Of a stretch of 44,693 nt of DNA, positions 29,100 to 36,272 are shown piece after piece. Positions within the stretch are counted from its first letter, which is position 1, and every line of letters starts with the position of its first letter. Position numbers and translations under genes: made by a program. The DNA is from an uncultured Bacteroidales bacterium (GTDB lineage: Bacteria; Bacteroidota; Bacteroidia; Bacteroidales; SZUA-534), in assembly GCA_964419235.1 (NCBI GenBank), contig CAYQPP010000002.1, positions 1-44,693 of the forward strand, given 5' to 3'. The notes below the pieces were generated by a model. The model was not told where the DNA came from and searched no databases. It saw only the letters and a list, made by a program, of their open reading frames with translations.

Positions 29100-29951
29100 T
29101 TATGTTTTTATAAATACTGTTGGTTTTATATTTTTTAAAGGCACTTTCATGTTAGTAATTGATTCGGAGTGCCCTAAAAAGAAATAGCCTTTGGGGTTTA
29201 ATTTGCTACATAATTTATTAATTACCTGCTCTTGGTTTTCTCTTTCGAAATAGATGAGTGCGTTTCGGCAAAATATAATATCAAACATTTCATTAACGTT
29301 ATAATTTGTGTCCATAAAATTTAACCGTTGAAATTTCACTCTATCTCTAAGCACTTTATTAACCCTGACTTTTGGGTCGGTACGGTTTTTTGATTTTTGA
29401 AAATATTTCTTTTTTAAGTTAAGCGGAATAATTTCAATGCGTTCTTCTTTATAAATGGCATTAGCTCCTTGTTGCAGCATTTGGGTAGATATGTCGGTGC
29501 CAATTATCTCAAAATCGAAGCCGAGGTTTTTTTCTTTAAATTCGTTTAAAACAATGGCAAGCGTATAGGGTTCTTCGCCCGATGAACAGCCTGCGCTCCA
29601 AACTTTTACTCTTCTAATTCCTTTATTATTGAACAGATCGGGTAAAATATCATCTGTTAATACCTCAAAGTGTATTGGCTCGCGATAAAAATCGGTTTTG
29701 TTTGTGCTAACTACATCCATCATGTGTATAATCTCGTTTTTGCCCTCTTTGCTAAAAACAAAGTCAACATATGTTTTATAATCGGGCATTTGGAGTTTTC
29801 GCAACCGCTTTTGTAGCCTTCCCTGTAAAACTATTCTTTTTGCAGGGGGCATTTTTATTCCATAGTTTATTTGAATGAATTGGCTTAATTTATTAAATTC
29901 TTTGTCTGATAAAGAGGTGTTATAAATACTATTGCTTAATATGCTATCCAT
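29100..29951 (-). CDS. cheR: Chemotaxis protein methyltransferase CheR
   Basis: 283 aa. N-terminal helical CheR_N-like region. SAM-binding VWSAGCSSGEEPYTLA and IFCRNALIYF. Confidence 0.9.
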   Translation of the reverse strand: MDSILSNSIYNTSLSDKEFNKLSQFIQINYGIKMPPAKRIVLQGRLQKRLRKLQMPDYKTYVDFVFSKEGKNEIIHMMDVVSTNKTDFYREPIHFEVLTDDILPDLFNNKGIRRVKVWSAGCSSGEEPYTLAIVLNEFKEKNLGFDFEIIGTDISTQMLQQGANAIYKEERIEIIPLNLKKKYFQKSKNRTDPKVRVNKVLRDRVKFQRLNFMDTNYNVNEMFDIIFCRNALIYFERENQEQVINKLCSKLNPKGYFFLGHSESITNMKVPLKNIKPTVFIKT

Positions 29952-29977
29952 AAATAGATTAAAATAGATTATTTTAG

Positions 29978-30520
29978 TTATGCATTATTTGTTTCTGCAT
30001 CAATTTTTTCAATATCCTCCTTCTCTAATTTTTCAACATCTTTGGTTATAAGCAACTCGGTTGTGCTAAAAATAAGGTCGATATTTAGGAGCATAATAAA
30101 GCCTTTGTCTAATTTATACATGCCTTGTATAAATTCGGTTTTGTATTTTGTTCCTATGGCCGGCGACTCTTCAATTTCGCTATCTTTTATTTCTAAAACC
30201 CTGTCAACCGTATCAACTAATATACCGAGTTGTATATTCTCTTGGTCGATTATAATATTAAGCACAATAATGCAGGTGTTTTTTGTAAACTCCGTTGCCT
30301 CCATTCCAAATTTAATACGCATATCAATTACCGGTAATACGTTGCCTCGAAGGTTAATAACCCCTCTCATGTAATTGGGCGAATTGGGTACTTTTGTAAT
30401 GGGCTTTAATTCTAAAATAGTTAAAACCTTTGCTACATTAACTGCAAAAAACTCTTTATTCAGTTTAAATGATAAAAAGGTAGATACATTATCTACGGTA
30501 TCTAATATATTCTCATCCAT
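29978..30520 (-). CDS. cheW: Chemotaxis coupling protein CheW
   Basis: 180 aa. FLSFKLNKEFFAVNV...VPNSPNYMRGVINLRGNVLPVIDMRIKFG is a typical CheW domain. Confidence 0.9.
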   Translation of the reverse strand: MDENILDTVDNVSTFLSFKLNKEFFAVNVAKVLTILELKPITKVPNSPNYMRGVINLRGNVLPVIDMRIKFGMEATEFTKNTCIIVLNIIIDQENIQLGILVDTVDRVLEIKDSEIEESPAIGTKYKTEFIQGMYKLDKGFIMLLNIDLIFSTTELLITKDVEKLEKEDIEKIDAETNNA

Positions 30521-30522
30521 AA

Positions 30523-32571
30523 TTAACCTCCAATTTTAATTTCGTTGCTGGCAAAATCCGATATAAGTTTATTTGTATCCATAACAAGCGCAACTGAGCC
30601 GTCGCCTAATATTGTGGCTCCTGATATTGACTGTTGATTTTTGTACATTTTACCAAGAGGTTTTAATACTGCTTGATACTGACCTATTATATTGTCAACC
30701 GACAATCCTATTTTTGTTTCGCCGTATTGCACTACTACAACATGCTCGGTTTCTTGTGCTTCGCCTTCAATTTCAAACAGCTTGCGCATGTTAAGGTGGG
30801 CAATTTCGGTATCTTCTGTCCTTATTAAATGGTTTACGGCATTTTCAAGTACCGAATGTTTAAATTCGTAACATTTATCGACCGACGATAATGGTATCAC
30901 AAATTTGGTGTCGCCTAATTGTACTAGCAATCCATCAATTATTGATAGTGTTAACGGCAATTTTATTGTTATAGTTGTCCCTTTGTTTATTGTTGAGTCA
31001 ATTTCAACCTCGCCCCTAATTTCGGCTATTTTGCGTTTTACCACATCCATGCCTACCCCACGTCCTGAGACTTTTGTTATTTTTTTGGCTGTTGAGAAAC
31101 CGGGTTGAAAGAGCAGGTCGAATATTTCTTTATCTGACAGTTCTGCTTCGGGAGCTATCAACCCTTTTAAAATTGCTTGGGTTTTTATTTTTTCGGGGTC
31201 GATACCTTTGCCGTCGTCGGATATTTGGATTACCACGCTTGTGCCTGAATAAAAAGCTTTTAATAGTATGGTTGCCCGTTTGGGTTTGCCTATGCGTTGG
31301 CGTTCGTCGGCATTTTCGATACCGTGATCCATGCTGTTTCGTACGATATGCATAAGCGGATCGGCCAATATTTCAATAATATTTTTATCGAGCTCGGTTT
31401 CGGTGCCTTCGGTTTTAAACACTACTTCTTTGCCCATCTCTTGCGATAATTCTCTAACCAGCCTGTGAAATCGCGTAAGCATATTTTCGATTGGTATTAG
31501 CCTTATGCTAAAAACATCGTCGCGCAAGCGGCGCGAAATTTTTTCTACCTCTTCAACAATAGGCATCAATTCTGCAGTTTCGGTTTTGGTGGCAAAAAGG
31601 CTCAGGCGTGCTTGTATTGTTATAAGCTCGCTTACCCAATTAATCAGGTTGTCTAACTTGTCTGACGATACTCTAATGCTGCTTATACTTGTTTTTGCTT
31701 TGTTGTCGCCAAATTTTTGTGCTTGTTTTTCTTGTTCTTTCGAAAATACTTTTTCTAACTCTTGTGTTAATAAAAGCAGTTGGTTAACGTCAACCTTTTT
31801 TTGGTTGCTGATGGTTTCTTCTATTATCCCGATAAATGACGGCTCCTCCAAAAGGTTTATTTCGGCAACTTTATGCACGTTTAAATCGCATTGGTCGTCG
31901 GCAAAAATAAAAACCTCGCCAACGGCGTTTATGCCTTGGTTGGTTGCCAAAAATATGTCCCAATACACATAGCATTTTGTAGGGTCCATGCTGTTGCTAT
32001 CGGGCAATTTGTCAAACCTCGGAAATACTTTTATCTCGCCTAATTCATATAGTTCATCAATTAGGTACAATGGGTTTGTTCCAAATTTAAAGATATTATC
32101 GTGTGGAATAAAACTGATGTAATAGGTTGACAAGTTTTTGTTTTTTCGTGCATCAATATGCTGTATGGTAGCGCCAACATCTTGTGCAACAACATTTTCG
32201 TCAATAATGTCTATTATTTTTGTCAATAGCAAATCGTGCTGTACTTGATGGGCAGAATCGGCATCGTCTTCTTCGTGTATCAGGTTGCGCAAATGATCTA
32301 CCGATGCCAAAGTAACATTAAGTATGTCGTCGTTTATGGCAAGTTTCTTGTTTCGGATTAAATCATATATATTCTCGAGGTGGTGTGTAAATTTATCCAT
32401 TTTTTTAAACCCAAACATGGAGCTGCCACCTTTAAGTGAGTGCATAACCCTGAACACCTGTTCTATTATTTCAGGATTCTCCTGATTGCCATCGAGTTCA
32501 AGCAGCGATTTTTCGAGATCGTTGATTAAATCATTGGCTTCCTCTATAAATTTTTCTCTGAATTTATCCAT
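30523..32571 (-). CDS. cheA: Chemotaxis histidine kinase CheA
   Basis: 682 aa. Hpt MHSLKGGSSMFGF, dimerisation IRVSSDKLDNLINWVSELI, HATPase DPLMHIVRNSMDHGIE, DDGKGID, GRGVGMDVV, and a C-terminal CheW-like P5 domain. Confidence 0.93.
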   Translation of the reverse strand: MDKFREKFIEEANDLINDLEKSLLELDGNQENPEIIEQVFRVMHSLKGGSSMFGFKKMDKFTHHLENIYDLIRNKKLAINDDILNVTLASVDHLRNLIHEEDDADSAHQVQHDLLLTKIIDIIDENVVAQDVGATIQHIDARKNKNLSTYYISFIPHDNIFKFGTNPLYLIDELYELGEIKVFPRFDKLPDSNSMDPTKCYVYWDIFLATNQGINAVGEVFIFADDQCDLNVHKVAEINLLEEPSFIGIIEETISNQKKVDVNQLLLLTQELEKVFSKEQEKQAQKFGDNKAKTSISSIRVSSDKLDNLINWVSELITIQARLSLFATKTETAELMPIVEEVEKISRRLRDDVFSIRLIPIENMLTRFHRLVRELSQEMGKEVVFKTEGTETELDKNIIEILADPLMHIVRNSMDHGIENADERQRIGKPKRATILLKAFYSGTSVVIQISDDGKGIDPEKIKTQAILKGLIAPEAELSDKEIFDLLFQPGFSTAKKITKVSGRGVGMDVVKRKIAEIRGEVEIDSTINKGTTITIKLPLTLSIIDGLLVQLGDTKFVIPLSSVDKCYEFKHSVLENAVNHLIRTEDTEIAHLNMRKLFEIEGEAQETEHVVVVQYGETKIGLSVDNIIGQYQAVLKPLGKMYKNQQSISGATILGDGSVALVMDTNKLISDFASNEIKIGG

Positions 32572-32936
32572 TATCGTACAACTTTATTTATTGCTGCTAA
32601 AAGTTTTTCGGGTACAAAAGGCTTTATTATCCAGCCTGTTGCTCCGGCTTCTTTTGCTTCCATTTTTTTTGCCGTTTGCGACTCTGTGGTCAAAAACAGA
32701 ATGGGAACAAATTGATAATCGGCATTTGCCCTTACATTTTTAATAAATTCTATGCCATTCATATTGGGCATGTGCAAGTCGGTAATTATCAAGTCAAACT
32801 TGGTTTTGTCAAGAAATTTTAAGGCGTCTTGTCCGTCAATGCCTTTTGAAACTTCATGTCCTGCATTCTCAAGGGTAAAGCTTACTACCTCACGAATACT
32901 TTCTGAATCGTCAACTATAAGTATTTTCTTTCCCAT
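32571..32936 (-). CDS. cheY: CheY-like single-domain response regulator
   Basis: 121 aa. KILIVDDS, DLIITDLHMPNMNG, LFLTTES, IIKPF. Its stop overlaps the cheA start by 1 nt. Confidence 0.9.
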   Translation of the reverse strand: MGKKILIVDDSESIREVVSFTLENAGHEVSKGIDGQDALKFLDKTKFDLIITDLHMPNMNGIEFIKNVRANADYQFVPILFLTTESQTAKKMEAKEAGATGWIIKPFVPEKLLAAINKVVR

Positions 32937-32954
32937 TTTTAATGGATTTTATAA

Positions 32955-33266
32955 TTAATTAATTGTATTGGCAAATCCTGCTCTTTTAAACAGCTCTAAT
33001 GTTTCGTTATTTATGCCGAGGTCTATTTTTATTTCGATGTTCGACTCTTGGCACATTTGTTTTAATCCTACTAAGTATTGAACCAGCGATAAATCGGCAT
33101 CATCGACCTCGGATATTTTCAGGTTTACTTTTTTGCTGTTTTTAATAGCAGAGCTTAATTCCTTTTTGATTCCCATAATATTGGAAACATTCAAATACCC
33201 TTGCACCTCGATATCAAGCGCCTTGGTTTTTTTGTTTTTTGATGAGTTAATTCGATACTCTTTCAT
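32955..33266 (-). CDS. STAS-domain protein (anti-sigma-factor-antagonist fold)
   Basis: 103 aa. LDIEVQGYLNVSNIMGIKKEL...VNLKISEVDDADLSLVQYLVGLKQ...IEIKIDLGINNETLELFKRAGF fits the STAS beta-alpha pattern. The DSSG-type phospho-Ser motif reads DLSL. Confidence 0.7.
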   Translation of the reverse strand: MKEYRINSSKNKKTKALDIEVQGYLNVSNIMGIKKELSSAIKNSKKVNLKISEVDDADLSLVQYLVGLKQMCQESNIEIKIDLGINNETLELFKRAGFANTIN

Positions 33267-33304
33267 AATTATGCTTGCTTTTTTATGTGTTCCTAAAAAA
33301 ATAT

Positions 33305-35110
33305 TTAAAACAGTTCAATGTCGTTATCATCAATGTTATATGGAATGCTGTCGGACTCGTTTAACAGTTCGTCAACGCTTTTTCCGGTATCCGTAAGTTT
33401 GGCGTGTATATCGCGCTCGCTTTTCATGGTATATAGTTTTTCAATCTCCTTAAGGTACTTTTTGTTATCGCCCAAATTGCTTTTTAATGAATCGTAATTT
33501 ACTATTTTGTTAATTTCGTTTAATAAGGATACAATCTCTTCAACTGTTATCTTAAAATACGTGTAATACTCTATTTTCTTTAATGATAATGTTATTTCAT
33601 CCGATATTTTGGTGCTCAACAAAGCATATTCTTTAGTTTTCTGTTTTATTTGGCCTGTTTTGTCCGAAAGGTTATCTATTGATTTTTTATCAATATAATA
33701 ATTTTCACTTCGAGGTTTAAAGGTATCAAAAATATTTGTTAAAAACTTAATATTTTGAGTAATACTGTTAAGATGTGTTTTTAAAGAGTTTGAATTAACC
33801 TGTAAATCAGAGAATAAGTCTTTTATCCTGCGGGTAAGCTCTTTTCCGAAATTTTTGCCGTTTGCACGCATAAGCGATTCAAAATTATGAACCTCTTTTC
33901 GCAATGCCTTTTCATTCAAAAATATGGTATTATATTCATTTTTCAGGTTGTTGTAATCACTTTTCAGTTGGCTGATTTTAACGGTTGCTTTTTTTCGGTT
34001 TTCAGTAAGTTTTTCAAAATATCCCGAAAAAACACCTTGAGCCGCAACAATTTGGTTTATTGTGTTGCTATCAAATTTGTAGGCATTTTCATGTATTGAG
34101 CTGTATATTGAATGTAATGCCTTCATTTCATTGCCTACCTCGATAAGCTGGTTTGTTATTTTTTCAATTGATGTTTGATAATCTTTATTTGTATATAGGA
34201 GTTGTGCTACTTGTATGTCGGTAATTTCGGGTATTTTTACTATTAACTGCAATTGATCGTCGGTATTTTGCTCCGATTTGTTTATACTCTTTATTTCGTT
34301 TATCAGCTTATTTTGCGATGTTTGTATATGCTCCATTTTTTGCCTTATAATATCGTGGTACTGAATGTTTGTAATAACCTCGCCCATGTAGGCAAAACAC
34401 TTTTGTGTACGGCTGTTTAAGTCTGACACAAAACTTTCGGGCAAATAACTGTCTGATGATATTTTTTTAAATATGTTTATTGCTTTTCTTATTTCGTTGT
34501 TTAGTTTTGAGCTGCTTAAATTCTCGATTAGACAGGTGTTGTTTTTTAAATATGTAATTTGCTTTGACACCGATTCTGTATTCGTGTCGATTTTTTCTAT
34601 CTGATTATATATTTTCTCGATACTGCTTTCAATTGACTCAACACTTTTTTGTAATTCGTTTTTGTTTGACAGCTCAACATAATTAAGATGCAGTTTTAAA
34701 TTGGCAAGTATGTATTTTAAGGTAATGAGGTTTTGTTTAAAATTATTAAAAGGCACAACCAACAAATCAATTGAGGAGTATATTTGGGTAAGCAGGTCAA
34801 TAACGTTATTTATATTAGAGTCGGTTTCGCTTATCAGTTTTACCTGCATTGCGTTTTTATCGTTTATGTCACTTTTTATGACAGGTAAATCGTTATTAAT
34901 AAATACCGATATAACACTATTTGCATCTGAAATTTCTTTAATGTTTTTGTAATACTGCTTTAATAGCTTATTAAAATATAAAAAGTCTTTTGACGAAATG
35001 GTATGTAGCGAACTGATTTTAGTATCAATATCGCTCAGCTTATTAATAATTTCGTTACGTGGAAAATTATTTAAAAAATTATTTAGTATATTGTTGTCGA
35101 CTTTACCCAT
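33305..35110 (-). CDS. 601-aa soluble, predominantly helical/coiled-coil protein of unknown function; first gene of the Che-like operon
   Basis: Long uninterrupted ORF with N/K/I/E/S-rich heptad-like sequence and no TM segment. No MCP tip motif. Contains NIQYHDIIRQKMEHI (D253-x3-Q257). Acidic tail ...VDELLNESDSIPYNIDDNDIELF. Confidence 0.6.
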   Translation of the reverse strand: MGKVDNNILNNFLNNFPRNEIINKLSDIDTKISSLHTISSKDFLYFNKLLKQYYKNIKEISDANSVISVFINNDLPVIKSDINDKNAMQVKLISETDSNINNVIDLLTQIYSSIDLLVVPFNNFKQNLITLKYILANLKLHLNYVELSNKNELQKSVESIESSIEKIYNQIEKIDTNTESVSKQITYLKNNTCLIENLSSSKLNNEIRKAINIFKKISSDSYLPESFVSDLNSRTQKCFAYMGEVITNIQYHDIIRQKMEHIQTSQNKLINEIKSINKSEQNTDDQLQLIVKIPEITDIQVAQLLYTNKDYQTSIEKITNQLIEVGNEMKALHSIYSSIHENAYKFDSNTINQIVAAQGVFSGYFEKLTENRKKATVKISQLKSDYNNLKNEYNTIFLNEKALRKEVHNFESLMRANGKNFGKELTRRIKDLFSDLQVNSNSLKTHLNSITQNIKFLTNIFDTFKPRSENYYIDKKSIDNLSDKTGQIKQKTKEYALLSTKISDEITLSLKKIEYYTYFKITVEEIVSLLNEINKIVNYDSLKSNLGDNKKYLKEIEKLYTMKSERDIHAKLTDTGKSVDELLNESDSIPYNIDDNDIELF

Positions 35111-35256
35111 GAATTGTAGTTTTTTATTATAACCTTTTAAATTGCTTATTTGTTCAATATAACAATAAACTTTTATTTATTGTGATGTTATTTTCATTAT
35201 TTTATTATCTACTTATTAAATTGACAAGAGAACCATTTTTTATTGATAATATTTTA

Positions 35257-35264
35257 TACTTTTG
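35257..35264 (+). promoter_or_regulatory. Candidate -7 box (TACTTTTG) for the divergent response-regulator gene
   Basis: TAnnTTTG match 22 nt upstream of the ATG at 35287. Motif match only. Confidence 0.3.
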
Positions 35265-35286
35265 TTTTACTATTAATTAATATATT

Positions 35287-35679
35287 ATGCCAAAGCCATT
35301 ATTACTAATTGTTGATGATATTTTTGTAAACAGGATACTATTATCTGAGATTGCATCTGAAATAGGCTGCGATTGCAAGGTTGCCAACAATGGCAAAGAG
35401 GCAATTAAGCAACTGGAGGATCAACCGTTTGATATAGTTTTAATGGACATTGAAATGCCTGTTATGAACGGATTGGAAACTACAAAATATATAAGGAGCA
35501 AAATGGATTCATCAGTTTCAAAAATGCCTATAATTGCTTTAACAGCACATAACCCCAACGACTTTTTTGATGAATTTAACACTGCCGGTTTTGACGAGTT
35601 GATAACAAAACCCTATTTAATTAAAAAGATAAAAGAGGTTGTTGATAGGTTTTATGTTAACAAAGAGGCTGCCAAATAA
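35287..35679 (+). CDS. Single-domain response regulator (receiver only)
   Basis: 130 aa. LLIVDD, DIVLMDIEMPVMNG, IALTAH, ITKPY. Confidence 0.85.
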   Translation: MPKPLLLIVDDIFVNRILLSEIASEIGCDCKVANNGKEAIKQLEDQPFDIVLMDIEMPVMNGLETTKYIRSKMDSSVSKMPIIALTAHNPNDFFDEFNTAGFDELITKPYLIKKIKEVVDRFYVNKEAAK

Positions 35680-35886
35680 TTTTATAGGGTTACCCACCTA
35701 TCCTTGGTTCTTAAAGTCTTGATTGGATGATTTTATTTGGTATAGATAGGCCAATGTAATATTCAATAAGCAACGTTTAACAAACAATAATAAAGTAAAC
35801 AACAAAAATATTTAGAACAATGACGTATTAATTATTAATAAGTAGATATGTGATTATAGTTAAATATTATTCATTAAAAATATGTT

Positions 35887-36093
35887 TTAGTCAAATATCG
35901 TGATGCATTAACAATTGTACATTAGATTAGCACCCAAATTTATTTGGGTGTATAAAACAATTACAAAACTCCAAATTCTCAATAAGTTTGCTTTGCAAAC
36001 TTATTGAGAATTTGGAGTACATGAGTAGATTACACCACAATACACCAAGCTAAAGCATGATGTTATTCTCATAATATTACGATATTTGACTAA
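35887..36093. mobile_element. MITE-like non-autonomous element inserted in repeat copy B
   Basis: 15-nt terminal inverted repeats TTAGTCAAATATCGT (35887-35901) / ACGATATTTGACTAA (36079-36093). The outermost TA dinucleotides could instead be a TA target-site duplication. No ORF. Internal hairpins at 35931-35950 and 35968-36018. Absent from the paralogous repeat copy A. Confidence 0.5.
35968..36018. repeat. Perfect 24-bp inverted repeat with 3-nt spacer
   Basis: ACTCCAAATTCTCAATAAGTTTGC ttt GCAAACTTATTGAGAATTTGGAGT. Read directly from the sequence. Confidence 0.9.
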
Positions 36094-36272
36094 AGTGTAA
36101 TTGAAAAATACAGTTTAATGTTGAAAATTGTACATTGAGTGTTGAATTTTATTGAGTTTTGCCTGTGTTTTAATTTACAGTTAATTGGTTTTAAGCAGGG
36201 TTGTCTAAAAAGCTTAACGCCTAAACTGAACCTGCCTGCCTGCAAAATAACAACTTGTTTGTGATGAAGGTT

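Larger units (their letters stand above)
35707..36148. repeat. Intergenic dispersed repeat, copy B (interrupted by a 207-bp insertion)
   Basis: 35707-35886 and 36094-36148 align with 19938-20162. The intervening 35887-36093 has no counterpart in copy A. Confidence 0.7.

Noticed and set aside
33305-35110. Calling the 601-aa protein a methyl-accepting chemotaxis protein.
   Set aside because: I could not find the invariant MCP hairpin-tip motif or the EVRKLAE-type segment. Only a very weak resemblance (QNLITLKYILANLKL) exists, so it is reported as an unknown coiled-coil protein with hypotheses rather than as an MCP.
35111-35286. Promoter for the che operon in the divergent intergenic region.
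   Set aside because: No CAAAnnTA (minus-strand TAnnTTTG) match was found by eye upstream of the 601-aa gene start, so no minus-strand promoter is called. Only the + strand candidate for the RR gene is listed, at low confidence.
35931-36018. Possible CRISPR repeat or tRNA-like structure suggested by strong palindromes in the 35680-36272 gap.
   Set aside because: There are only single hairpins with no regularly spaced direct repeats or spacers. No cloverleaf with acceptor/T-arm features is present and no cas genes are in the window.
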